64,000 nucleotides of DNA from an uncultured Chlamydiae bacterium (GTDB lineage Bacteria; Chlamydiota; Chlamydiia; Chlamydiales; SM23-39), in NCBI GenBank assembly GCA_963730605.1, contig CAVSSM010000007.1:128001-192000 (forward strand), written 5' to 3'. This document shows, piece by piece, positions 40,777 to 50,853 of this stretch. The notes beneath the pieces were generated by a model. The model was given only the letters and a program-made list of their open reading frames with translations. It was not told where the DNA came from and did no database searches. How positions within the stretch are numbered: the first letter of the stretch is position 1; the number at the start of each line of letters is the position of its first letter. The position numbers and the translations under genes are program-made.

Positions 40777-42051
40777 TCAGAATAGAAAAGTCATCCGATT
40801 TGTGAGAGCGGCGACGTTTGATTTGTCGGGATGGGCGCCCGGATTGGGGATATAGCTGAGAGCGGATTCAAAGTAGATGGAGCTGAGGATTTGAAGTTGA
40901 TAGTAGCCCTGGAGCATGAGTTCTGAGTAGCGGGAATAGAGGTGAGAATTGAGGCGCGACCAGGCCAAGCCAAATCCAAATGAGTCATTTGGCCGTTTGG
41001 GAATGAGTGCAAAAGCAGTTAGGCCTGCTCCTACAAATAAGTTCATCTCGAGCGTGCGGGAATTGTTCCAGCCGAATTGAAGAAAACTCGAGATATTGCC
41101 TTTATTGGTGGAACTTGATGGTTTTGTCCAGAGCGCTTTTGAGGCAAATCCGTAGATGCCGCCTGTTCCTGTTTGGGTTTGGTTGCCATTTATGAGCTTT
41201 CCATTCTGAAACCATCCTCCAACGGCTGCGATCCCAGGCTTAGCAGAGGCCCAGCCATAACCAACTTCCATAATTGAGAAGTAATAGCCGTTAAAATGGG
41301 GGCCTAGCTTCAGTCCCGTTTGGACGCCTCTTGCTAAGCTGCCGTCAAAGACACCGAGATTGACATAGACTTCTTTAACTGGTGCGATGGTAGCGACCGC
41401 GCCATACACCGAATTGTAATAGCCGCCGATAGCTCCTAATAAGGTGGTATTTACGAAGATCGGCGTATAGGTCAAGCCGCTGACAGACGGGATACTGACG
41501 GCTGGATTGCTAGTAGGGACTGGTTTCGATACGTTGTTAAAGTGGGCGATAGGGATGACTTTGCCTATGCGGAGTGTGAATTTCTCACCCCAAAATTTTT
41601 GGAGAAGCCAGAGTTGATAGAGTTCCGATCGATTTAGAGGAAAAGATCCGGTTAAGCTGTTATATCCTTGCACAACGCCTGCATCAGCGTTGGTCGGCTG
41701 TCCGTTAAATTGGAGAAACTCGCTGCCGAAATAGGCCCCTTTCCACCCAATGGATTTTTGCAAATCGATCAAGAGATCGATAATCAATACGCTGTTGCCG
41801 GTCCAGGGTCCGGTTCTTTGTCTACCGCTGAAGAGCGCGTTGCAATCGCCTATGTACATTCCTCCGAGGCGAACGCCTGAGTTTTCGGGAATCTGGAGCA
41901 GTTTACCTAATTCTCCCGTACCAGTAACTGAGTTGACAGCGCCGGGGTTTCCGCTGATTCCATAGCTCTGTTCCGCCGAGTGGATAGAGGCTATGCCAGC
42001 AAAAAGACAAAAAGAGAGTAAGAGGCTGTGGATATGTTCCAAATTTGCCAT
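40777..42051 (-). CDS. OprB-family carbohydrate porin
   Basis: ELYQLW, RPNDSFGFG, YIPNPG motifs; terminal Phe. Confidence 0.82.
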   Translation of the reverse strand: MANLEHIHSLLLSFCLFAGIASIHSAEQSYGISGNPGAVNSVTGTGELGKLLQIPENSGVRLGGMYIGDCNALFSGRQRTGPWTGNSVLIIDLLIDLQKSIGWKGAYFGSEFLQFNGQPTNADAGVVQGYNSLTGSFPLNRSELYQLWLLQKFWGEKFTLRIGKVIPIAHFNNVSKPVPTSNPAVSIPSVSGLTYTPIFVNTTLLGAIGGYYNSVYGAVATIAPVKEVYVNLGVFDGSLARGVQTGLKLGPHFNGYYFSIMEVGYGWASAKPGIAAVGGWFQNGKLINGNQTQTGTGGIYGFASKALWTKPSSSTNKGNISSFLQFGWNNSRTLEMNLFVGAGLTAFALIPKRPNDSFGFGLAWSRLNSHLYSRYSELMLQGYYQLQILSSIYFESALSYIPNPGAHPDKSNVAALTNRMTFLF

Positions 42052-42162
42052 AATTGGGAGCGCTTACGCTCTGCTCACAGCAATAGAGTATCCAGCCGAT
42101 CCCTTTCTTTCAACAGGCGACAGTTGTCCGAGCATGAGGAAAATAGGGTCGAACTGTCTAAT

Positions 42163-44574
42163 CTAGGGCGTTTTCATTTTGCCATAGAGAACTCTCTTTA
42201 CCCCATCTTCAATGAACATCCAAACGAGAGTATAGAGCCATAGATAGCCAATGCCGGCCCATGAAACAGGCGTAACAAAAATGCCGACACCTACAATGAG
42301 AGCCGCGGTGATTTGGGTGAGGAGGATAGCCGTAAACAAGATGGGCGAAGGATAGGGTTTGGCAAAAAATGCTTGCTTTGTGCGAGCTATGAAGAGCGTT
42401 TGATGGCCGGCGATAGAGAGCTTCAAAAAAATTAAGGATTGGATTTCTGGCAAACTCAAATGGAAATAGGTTTTAATCATGATGAGGAGAAGAAAGGTTT
42501 CCAGCACTCCAATGCATCCCAGAGCCGTGGCAATGATCAGCACTCGTTTCATTTTCCAACGGACCGGTTGGGTTTCTATGGAAGTATGGTCGTACGCAAT
42601 CGTCATGATCGGCAGGTCATTGAGCAACGCTAAAAGTAGGATCATCAATGCCGTGACTGGATAAAAATTGTAGATCAGGATGCAAGAGACCATGAAAAGC
42701 ATGACTCGAATGGTTTCTGTAATTCGATAAATGGAATAGCTGTTCATCCTTTCAAAAATGCATCTTGCCTCTTCAATCGCCTGAATGATGACGGACAACC
42801 CGGGAGCAGTTAAGACCAAAGAGGCCGCCGCTCTAGCCACGTCCGTTGCGCCGCTGACAGCGATCCCGACATCAGCTTGTTTTAAAGCCGGAGCATCGTT
42901 CACCCCGTCGCCAGTCATGCCTACAATGTGTTTTTTGTCCTGCAGGTATTTGACAATTTGATACTTGTGTTCTGGAAATACCTGAGCAAACCCATCGACT
43001 TGATCGATTTGAGGTCCGAGGTGATCGAAATCTTCCGCTGTTTGAATCTCCTTTCCCATCGCCAGTTGCTGTGCGATCTCTCTTGCTATCGCGATATTAT
43101 CCCCGGTGAGCATCTGCACTTTGATTCCGTGCTCCACAGCACGGGCAATCGTTTCTTGAGAGTCTTCTCGGAGCGGGTCGGAGAGAGTGAGCAATCCTAG
43201 AAATTGCCATGTTTTTTTATCATCTCCGCTGCTGGCGACGCCGAGTGTCCTATACCCCTTTTCAGCGAGGGCATTGATGGCCGTTTTGACCTCGATTTCC
43301 AATTGAGAATCTGGATGGCAAAGAGACAAAATAACTTGAGGGGCTCCTTTGGTCACATAGAAAATATTTCCTTCGGGTGCGATGACTGCCGCTTCCGTCC
43401 GTTTGATGACGGGATCGAAGGGAGTAAATTTGACTTGCTTAAAGGGAGATAAGATACCGCTATTATTAAAGCCATTGATCACGGCCAAATCGATCGGATC
43501 TTGGTTCTCCGCCTTGGACGCTAAACATCCGCAGATCAATAGCGTTTCCACTTCCCCATTTTGGAAGACGATTGGGTCGCCTAATTTCAGCTTGTTTTGC
43601 GTGAGAGTCCCTGTTTTATCGCAACACAGGACATCTATGCCTGCCATTTCTTCAATGGACTCGAGTTTTGTGACCACGGCTTTCATTTTGGACAGTTTTA
43701 AAGCGCCAAGGGCCATGGTCACTGAAAGAACTGCTGGCAGGGCAACTGGGATGGAAGCGATGATCAAGATCAGTACGAATTGAATGAGAACGAGGAATGA
43801 GTCGCCTCTCAAAAGTTGAACAATGATAATCAAGAAAGCCAACCCTAAGCTGATGTAAATGAGATAATTGCCAATTTGCAACACGGCCTTTTGGAAATGG
43901 GAAGCCGCTCCGGCTTCTCCTACGAGTTGGGCCGTTTTGCCAAAAAACGTGTTTTGCCCAGTCGCAATTACATATGCATCCATTTCTCCCTGTTTTGCGA
44001 TGGATCCTGAAAAAACTAAATCGCCCGCTTTCTTCGATACCGGCAAAGATTCACCCGTCAGCGTCGATTGGTCTACTGTGAGATAATCGCCAACGACTAG
44101 TTTGGCATCTGCGGAAATAAGATTGCCTAAATGCAAGCGAATGAGATCCCCGGGCACGAGTTCCGATGACTCGATTTCTATCCATTTCTCGTCGCGCTTC
44201 ACAAGACTCTTGAGAGCCAATCTTTTTTTCAGGGCTTTAATTGCATTCCCGGCTTGATATTCTTCAAAAAACGCAACTAAACCATTCACGAGAAGAAGGA
44301 CCAAGATGATGATCAAATTCGACCAGTGGTTAAGAATTGCTGATAAAATTGCTGCGAATTCGATCATCCAAGGGATGGGGCCCCAAAAATAGGAGAGGAA
44401 CTGCAGAAGGAGATTGGCTTTCTTTTCTTCAATTTTATTAGGACCATATTGGGATAGCCGTTTCTCGGCCTCAGCTCGGGACAGTCCTTCCAACGAGGAC
44501 CCCAATTTTTTCTCGACTTCCGTCAAAGATAGGGTTTCCCATTCGTCTTTTTCCCTCACTATGAGCCGCTCCAT
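42163..44574 (-). CDS. Plasma-membrane proton-efflux P-type ATPase (type IIIA, PMA-like)
   Basis: YFWGPIPWMIE, TGES, ASIPVALPAV, DKTGTLT, GDGVNDAPALK and LLNDLPIMTIAYD motifs. Confidence 0.93.
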   Translation of the reverse strand: MERLIVREKDEWETLSLTEVEKKLGSSLEGLSRAEAEKRLSQYGPNKIEEKKANLLLQFLSYFWGPIPWMIEFAAILSAILNHWSNLIIILVLLLVNGLVAFFEEYQAGNAIKALKKRLALKSLVKRDEKWIEIESSELVPGDLIRLHLGNLISADAKLVVGDYLTVDQSTLTGESLPVSKKAGDLVFSGSIAKQGEMDAYVIATGQNTFFGKTAQLVGEAGAASHFQKAVLQIGNYLIYISLGLAFLIIIVQLLRGDSFLVLIQFVLILIIASIPVALPAVLSVTMALGALKLSKMKAVVTKLESIEEMAGIDVLCCDKTGTLTQNKLKLGDPIVFQNGEVETLLICGCLASKAENQDPIDLAVINGFNNSGILSPFKQVKFTPFDPVIKRTEAAVIAPEGNIFYVTKGAPQVILSLCHPDSQLEIEVKTAINALAEKGYRTLGVASSGDDKKTWQFLGLLTLSDPLREDSQETIARAVEHGIKVQMLTGDNIAIAREIAQQLAMGKEIQTAEDFDHLGPQIDQVDGFAQVFPEHKYQIVKYLQDKKHIVGMTGDGVNDAPALKQADVGIAVSGATDVARAAASLVLTAPGLSVIIQAIEEARCIFERMNSYSIYRITETIRVMLFMVSCILIYNFYPVTALMILLLALLNDLPIMTIAYDHTSIETQPVRWKMKRVLIIATALGCIGVLETFLLLIMIKTYFHLSLPEIQSLIFLKLSIAGHQTLFIARTKQAFFAKPYPSPILFTAILLTQITAALIVGVGIFVTPVSWAGIGYLWLYTLVWMFIEDGVKRVLYGKMKTP

Positions 44575-44621
44575 TTCCAGTTTCGGATTCCGAGCATGTC
44601 TTGATCGTGCTTGGCGATGTA

Positions 44622-44814
44622 TACCGCTCGTGATTGAAAAATCGGTTCTGGTGGCGCCCCACCCCAAAGACGATGCGTCTTCAGGGACCCCGGACCCGGC
44701 GCCGGCAGAGCCTGGCTCAAATTCAGGCTGCTTCCCTTGAAAAAGCTCGACCCCCCGAGCTTTTTCAAGTGTCCGCAGCCTTGCCATATTCCGATTTTTG
44801 AATCCCTCCCGGTA
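44622..44814. mobile_element. IS630-derived MITE
   Basis: TA-flanked; left end TACCGCTCGTGATTGAAAA is one mismatch from the IS630 left end at 55192. Confidence 0.82.
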
Positions 44815-44823
44815 TAAGGTTTA

Positions 44824-44999
44824 GAGGGTGTCTGCAAAGTGAGGTTCTGTCGATTTTTCGGTTCTTTTGAGCCGATTTTCGATTCAAGACTTGGGGGGCA
44901 ATATCGATCGCACAGTATATGGCCCCCCAAGCTTTGAAGTCGAAAAGCGGCCAAAATAATCCAAAAACTCGGGCGTTCCCTCACTTTGTAGACACCCTC
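44824..44999. mobile_element. Fold-back MITE, family B copy 1
   Basis: TIR GAGGGTGTCT(G/A)CAAAGTGAGG; TTA duplication; arms complementary along the whole length. Confidence 0.88.
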
Positions 45000-45135
45000 T
45001 TATGTTCGATGAGTTTATTTTGCATGAGCTGTTTGAGATAGTCCTCCACAACCTTCTCTTTAAATTATGAATCATTATAATGCAAAAAGAACAGCTCTAC
45101 ACAGCCTGCGGCGACAAGAAAGTTATAGGTGACTG

Positions 45136-45774
45136 TTGCGAATCTTCCTTCTTGCTCTGCCTTCTCTTCTCTCTGCGTCACTCAATGGACCCGGTGATTT
45201 TCAAATCTGGCAACGCAATTTTATCGTGAAACATTTTGCTCATAACTGGAGCGCTTGGTTAATTTCTGAACTGAGATGGGGCGATACAGCCTCTCAATTC
45301 TACAGCGCCATTCTCCATGCCCAATTGTATTATGCACCTCGACCTTGGATTGTCATCGGACCGGGTTATGAGCAAGTATGGACCAAGGAGCCCCCTCTCG
45401 TTATATGGGAAAAACAGTATATCCCTTTGGCCGATGCCATCTTCCGAGCGAGGTTTGATGGATGGGAAATTCAGGATCGCAATCGGTTGGAATACATTTT
45501 CTTTGATTCTAGCCCAGATCATTGGCTCTATCGCAACCGTTTTCGAATCATCGCTCCATCCATGCTCCAAAGCCCTCGCATCTCATTTTTCACAGATAAT
45601 GAGTTGTATTGGCTTGAATCCAATGGAATTTCCGAAGATCGTATCTCTTTTGGTCTGATGCTCCAATGGCTGGACAATTGGGGAGGCGAAGTCTTTTATA
45701 TGGCCCGGCTGCTACATCAAGATAGCTGGATCTGTAACAGTGTGATCACTTTCGATTTCCTTTTTTCTTTTTAA
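45136..45774 (+). CDS. DUF2490-like outer-membrane beta-barrel protein
   Basis: Signal peptide; QDRNRLEY and YRNRFRI motifs; terminal Phe. Confidence 0.72.
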   Translation: MRIFLLALPSLLSASLNGPGDFQIWQRNFIVKHFAHNWSAWLISELRWGDTASQFYSAILHAQLYYAPRPWIVIGPGYEQVWTKEPPLVIWEKQYIPLADAIFRARFDGWEIQDRNRLEYIFFDSSPDHWLYRNRFRIIAPSMLQSPRISFFTDNELYWLESNGISEDRISFGLMLQWLDNWGGEVFYMARLLHQDSWICNSVITFDFLFSF

Positions 45775-45839
45775 AAAACCCAACTATTATGCACATGTAC
45801 GGAGATTTTTTAAGAGGATGTTAGCAATTTAAGCATTTA

Positions 45840-46012
45840 GAGGGTGTCTACAAAGTGAGGGAACGCCCGAGTTTTTGGATTATTTTGGCCGCTTTTCGAC
45901 TTCAAAGCTTGGTGGGCCATATACTGTTGTCGATATTGCCCCCAAGTCTTGAATTGAAAATCGGCTCAAAAGAACCGAAAAATCGACAGAACCTCACATT
46001 GTAGACACCCTC
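45840..46012. mobile_element. Fold-back MITE, family B copy 2 (inverted)
   Basis: Near-identical reverse complement of 44824-44999; flanks TTA/TGA. Confidence 0.88.
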
Positions 46013-46084
46013 TGATCCTCACCTCAAGTAAGGCACTAATCTTGATGGTGTTTGAGAAATTGCCGGTTAGTGATGCGGTAAAAT

Positions 46085-47311
46085 TGTCAAAAATTGGACT
46101 TAATCTGACACCCGTGCTATGAGCACGTAAAAAGAACCTAAATGAAAAGAGACCGAATCAGTACCGCTGGCCGGCCCCTTTTTGATTAACTATGGTGTCA
46201 ATCATGAATGTAACACAAAATGAAAAAGTGATCAAAAACAAATTAGGCCTACTCAACCTGGCTAGAACCCTCGGGAATGTCACCCAGGCCTGTCGTACAC
46301 TGGGTTACTCCAGGGACAGCTTCTATCGATTTAAAGAACTCTACGAGAACGGTGGAGAGATCGCGCTGCAGGAGATTAGCCGCAGAAAACCATGCATGAA
46401 AAATCGTGTTGAAGGATATGTAGAACAGGCAGTTATAGATTTTGCTGTTGAAAATCCAGCCTATGGCCCCGTTCGAGTAGTCAATGAACTGAAGAAGCGT
46501 GCCATTACGATCTCTGCTGGTGGAGTGCGTTCGATCTGGATACGGCATGATTTGGAGACTTTCTCTAAACGCTTGAAAGCCCTTGAGGCTCATTCTGCTA
46601 AAGCGGGAATCATTCTGATAGAGGATCAGGTCCGAGCTCTCGAAAGGGCCAAGGAAGAAAAAGTAGCCCATGGAGAAATTGAAACCGAACATCCCGGTTA
46701 CTTGATTGCTCAAGATACTTATTATGTGGGGACTATCAAGGGCGTTGGACGTATATATCAGCAGACGGTGATCGATACCTATGCAAAAGTCTCATTTGCC
46801 AAACTTTATGATCGCAAAAATGCAATCACAGCAGCAGATTTTCTGAATGACAAGGTGATTCCTTGGTTCGAGGAGCAAGATGTTCGGATTCTAAGAATTC
46901 TCACTGATCGTGGAAGCGAATATTGCGGTAAAATCGAGCGCCATGAGTTTCAGCTCTACCTGGCCATCGAGGATATCGATCACACAAGGACTAAAACTAA
47001 ATCTCCACAGACCAATGGGATTTGCGAAAGGTTTCACCAAACGATTCAAAATGAGTTTTATGCGGTCGCTTTTCGAAAGAAATTGTATCGATCTCTGGAA
47101 GAACTCCAGGGGGATGTAGATAAATGGCTCGATGAGTATAATAGCTCTCGACCTCATTCAGGGAGGAAGTACTGCTATGGTAGAACGCCGATGGCGACTT
47201 TCCAAGAGACGCGGCATTTAGCGAAAGCAAAGATGCTGGATGAGATTCAACCGACAGCCCAAGTAACTGTCAGATGAGTCTTGACTGTCAGATTAAGTAC
47301 TGATTAGGACA
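46085..47311 (+). mobile_element. IS481-family insertion sequence
   Basis: TGT...ACA ends; 26-bp imperfect TIR with core ACTTAATCTGACA. Confidence 0.9.
46192..47277 (+). CDS. IS481 transposase
   Basis: [33 protein letters not shown] and [10 protein letters not shown] motifs. Confidence 0.95.
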   Translation: MVSIMNVTQNEKVIKNKLGLLNLARTLGNVTQACRTLGYSRDSFYRFKELYENGGEIALQEISRRKPCMKNRVEGYVEQAVIDFAVENPAYGPVRVVNELKKRAITISAGGVRSIWIRHDLETFSKRLKALEAHSAKAGIILIEDQVRALERAKEEKVAHGEIETEHPGYLIAQDTYYVGTIKGVGRIYQQTVIDTYAKVSFAKLYDRKNAITAADFLNDKVIPWFEEQDVRILRILTDRGSEYCGKIERHEFQLYLAIEDIDHTRTKTKSPQTNGICERFHQTIQNEFYAVAFRKKLYRSLEELQGDVDKWLDEYNSSRPHSGRKYCYGRTPMATFQETRHLAKAKMLDEIQPTAQVTVR

Positions 47312-47381
47312 GGTAAATCCCATTCGAGGGATTAGCGGTTACTTCACCGGAAGGATTATTCTCCTCTTCTTCACTGAAATC

Positions 47382-48169
47382 TGAGGTGGACCCAATCGAC
47401 TGGACAACTTTTTAGGCTAAACTAGTTTGCCTCTACCGTTTCGTTTTCCTTCTTTGAGAAGGAACAACGGCTGCTGTCGGTTGAGCAGCCTATCAAAACA
47501 ACAGATTTACTCACAACTGTTTTTTAATACACACTCCTTTGCTCTTTGTTCAGAGCTACACATATCTTCAGATCCGCAGGTAAACAGAAGCACGGGGGAA
47601 CCCCCGTGCGCGCGCGCGGGCGCGACCCGGTGTTCATTGTGCATAGTGCACCTCGTGAGGTGTTTTGTAGCCGAGCGCCTGGTGTGGTCTCTTGGTGTTG
47701 TAGTACTGAAAATAGCTGGCAAGGCCGATCCTTGCTTCAGGCACGCTTTGGTAGTCTTGCAAATACACGTTCTCATACTTCACCGATCTCCATAGCCGTT
47801 CCACGAACACGTTGTCCAAGGCGCGGCCTCGGCCGTCCATGCTGAAGCGAATATCGCGGCCAATCACCGCCTGAACGAACTCTTTCGAGGTAAATTGCAC
47901 GCCTTGGTCGGTATTGAAGATTTTGGGCCTCCCGTGCTGTTCTATCGCTTCTTCGAGGGCATCCAGGCAAAAGCTCGTCTCCAAGCTGTTGGAGAGGCGA
48001 ATTGGCTAAGCGTTTTATCCTCTCGCAGCGCTTCCAATGCGACCTTCTTTTTGAACGCGGCTGTTCGAGGGGTTCGTGGCCTCTTGGTCATTTCTTTATC
48101 TCCATGCTCAGTGGGTTAAGTAGCATGAAGCAAACTAACTAACCTGTCCAGTTTTCGGGGTCCACTTCA
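47382..48169 (-). mobile_element. Internally deleted IS3-family element
   Basis: TIRs TGA(G/A)GTGGACCC...ACTGGACA; 3-bp TSD ATC; OrfA start joined to OrfB end (NTDQGVQF, DNVFVERLWRSVKYE). Confidence 0.9.
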
Positions 48170-48409
48170 ATCTTGAGCCAGCATCATTGTCCTCATCGCT
48201 TCCACAGTATCTTCATAATCTTCAGTGTCTGATAGAGAGGAGGTATTAACCCCATTCGAGGTATTATAGGTTTCTTCATCGGAAGATTGAGCATCATTGG
48301 CCTCATCGCTATCTTCATATTCTTCGCTGAAAACTTGAAAGTGAAAGCGTTTGACGTCATCGATTTCTCTACTGTAATTTTGGAAGCCATTGACCCCATC
48401 GCTATTATC

Positions 48410-48532
48410 TTCATTCTCTGACGGTGGAGGGGAAGTTTCGATTATCCCAGGCTCAGCTTCATTCTCTGACGATGGAGGGGAAGTTTCGATTATCCCAGGC
48501 TCAGCTTCATTCTCTGACGATGGAGGGGAAGT
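48410..48532. repeat. 48-bp coding tandem repeat, about 2.5 copies
   Basis: Encodes TSPPSSENEAEPGIIE. Confidence 0.92.
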
Positions 48533-49382
48533 AGGAGGCTGTTGAATCGCTGTTGGGTTATCCACATTCAAAGGAGTTCCTATCCGCTCCAGAGTATTAG
48601 TTGTAGAGACGTTATTTCTGGCCTGTTGCCTATTATCTTGATCAAAAAAAGAGAAAATCGGTTTTGATGATTCAGAAATGCGATTAGAAATATTTGCGAA
48701 TATTTCATCTTGGAATGTGCTGGTTTGTTCAGATTCAGTTTTCCTACCCTTGACAACAAATTGAGCTATGTATTTTTCAATATTAATCATTTGGTCTCTT
48801 TTGTTATTTAGTTATATTTATCATTATACTAAATAATTTATTTTAAATCAATTAATTTTTTTAAATAATCAGTTCGTGAAAATGCGTAACATACTGATGA
48901 TCAGTTGTTTACAAAAAAGAAGCTTCAGTATATTGCTGATACTAAGTTTGTTGAGAAAAAAGCAAAACAAATCCTAATAAAGACCTGCTTTATGAAGGCC
49001 CAATTTCCCCTACTTCTTCGCTAGTCATCGCAAGTGGGAGAAGAAAGCATGGCAGAAGGCCAGCTCCAATAAGCCCTCAGTACTATACTGCTCCCACCCA
49101 AAAAATGTGAATCTGCCGGCGTCAGCTTGGCAGCATATTTTTGGTCTTCACTTCGGGCCGTGTCTATGAACACGTCCCTCGTTCCAGAGCCAAAAATCTG
49201 CGCCGCTTCCTTTGCATTTTTCACACTTTTTGAGCGGTCGCAGTATACATGTTTAGGACTACCGAATTTCGCAATCAATCTTCGAATCTGCGAAATTGAA
49301 TCTGGTGATTCAAACCATTTGGCAACACCCTCTGACAAAGACGGCTATTTTTTCAAAATGCCAATTGTGGTAGGAAAAAGGA

Positions 49383-50810
49383 ATGGAAGAAGGCTTTAAA
49401 GCGATACCAGCCGAGCGCAAAGTCTATTGCAACCGCACGCTGAACCTGAAATCGATTTCTGCTATTGGCTACGACATGGACTATACACTCATTCACTATC
49501 GAACTGAAGTATGGGAATTGCGTACTTATGAGTACCTAAAGCAGCAATTCCTCGCTGATGGATGGCCTATAGAACAGCTCCAGTTTAATCCGAACATTAT
49601 TTCTCGAGGGCTTATCATTGATACAGAATATGGCAACCTGATCAAAGCAAACCGATTTGGTTTTATCAAACGGGCCATGCACGGAACAACGCTTATGAAT
49701 TTTGAAGAACATCGCACACTGTATTCCAGAACTTTGATTGATTTAGAGGATAAAAGATGGGTTTTTCTCAATACTTTATTTTCCTTGTCGGAAGGGTGTA
49801 TGTATTGTCAGTTAGTCGATCTTTTAGATCGTCGGCTGATTCCTGAGATTTTAGGATATGCTGATTTGTATGAGAAAGTGAGTCGAGTGCTCGATGCCGC
49901 CCACATGGAGGGTAGGGTCAAAGCTGAGATTATTACGTCTCCTGAAAAATATGTCCTTTTAGACGAAGACATTCCTCTGACTCTCTGGGATCAATATTGT
50001 TCGGGCAGAAAACTGGTTTTGATCACCAATTCGGAGTGGAGCTACATGGTTCCCATGATGACCTATGCTTTTAATCGGTTTCTTCCCTCTGGAATAACAT
50101 GGAGAGACCTATTTCAAATCATTATCGTGGGTGCGCGCAAGCCTCATTTTTTTACGACGGATCAGCCGTTTTTTGAGATTGTCAACGAAGAAGGATTACT
50201 TAAACCACATTTCGGAGGATTAGAAAAAGGTAAGGCGTATCTGGGAGGAGCTGCGCGGGCTTTGGAGAAAAGTCTAAAGCTCTCCGGAGATGAGATTCTC
50301 TATATTGGGGACCATATGTTCGGGGACGTTCATGTTACAAAAAATGTTTCCCGCTGGCGAACGGCATTGATTCTTCGAGAACTAGAAGATGAAATCCGAG
50401 CCATCGAGGATTTCAAACCGTATCGCCAGCGGTTGGCGAGCCTTATGGAAAAAAAAGAACAGCTAGAAAATAGGTACTGTACCGTCAAGCTGGCATTCCA
50501 AAGAAAGAAAAAATCTTCGGATACTAAAATAATAATAGATGACGATCTTGAAAAAAAGATGCAGGGCATCAGAGCCTCGATAGAAGCTCTGGATAAAGAG
50601 ATCTCTCCTTTAGCGCAGATGGATGCCGAATTGAACAATAAGACTTGGGGTCTTTTGCTGCGTGCAGGGAATGATAAAAGCTATCTAGCTTACCAATTAG
50701 AGCGGTACGCAGATGTGTATACGTCAAGGGTTTCTAATTTCATGTGGATCACTCCTTTTGCCTACCTTCGTTCACCTCGAGGAAGCCTGCCTCATGATTC
50801 TGGCATTTGA
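49383..50810 (+). CDS. HAD-IG family 5'-nucleotidase (cN-II-like)
   Basis: GYDMDYTL, LITNS, ARKP, YIGDHMFGDV and RYADVYTSRV motifs. Confidence 0.93.
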   Translation: MEEGFKAIPAERKVYCNRTLNLKSISAIGYDMDYTLIHYRTEVWELRTYEYLKQQFLADGWPIEQLQFNPNIISRGLIIDTEYGNLIKANRFGFIKRAMHGTTLMNFEEHRTLYSRTLIDLEDKRWVFLNTLFSLSEGCMYCQLVDLLDRRLIPEILGYADLYEKVSRVLDAAHMEGRVKAEIITSPEKYVLLDEDIPLTLWDQYCSGRKLVLITNSEWSYMVPMMTYAFNRFLPSGITWRDLFQIIIVGARKPHFFTTDQPFFEIVNEEGLLKPHFGGLEKGKAYLGGAARALEKSLKLSGDEILYIGDHMFGDVHVTKNVSRWRTALILRELEDEIRAIEDFKPYRQRLASLMEKKEQLENRYCTVKLAFQRKKKSSDTKIIIDDDLEKKMQGIRASIEALDKEISPLAQMDAELNNKTWGLLLRAGNDKSYLAYQLERYADVYTSRVSNFMWITPFAYLRSPRGSLPHDSGI

Positions 50811-50819
50811 CTCAATTGG

Positions 50820-50853
50820 ATTCAGGTCAATTGCGGAAAAAATGCGGAAAATT
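50820..50853 (+). repeat. 34-bp direct repeat, copy 1
   Basis: ATTCAGGTCAATTGCGGAAAAAATGCGGAAAATT; 33/34 identical to 58508-58541. Confidence 0.9.

Larger units (their letters stand above)
46036..48790 (-). pseudogene. Acidic low-complexity orphan (effector-like) interrupted by IS3 remnant and IS481
   Basis: ORF from 48790 continues in frame after removing the IS3 (AQD|FSEEEENNPSGEVTANPSNGIY); the tail lies beyond IS481. Confidence 0.7.

Noticed and set aside
44575..44787. 71-aa N-terminal extension of the H+-ATPase in the ORF track
   Set aside because: Mostly read-through of a MITE; the family-like sequence starts near 44574.
48410..48532. Possible CRISPR array
   Set aside because: Contiguous in-frame 48-bp units with no unique spacers and no cas genes; it is a coding tandem repeat.
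49021..49338. 105-aa ORF or IS remnant ending in ACACCCTC-TGA
   Set aside because: Only a weak resemblance to an integrase core and a 8-bp TIR-like match, with no partner end; cannot be supported.
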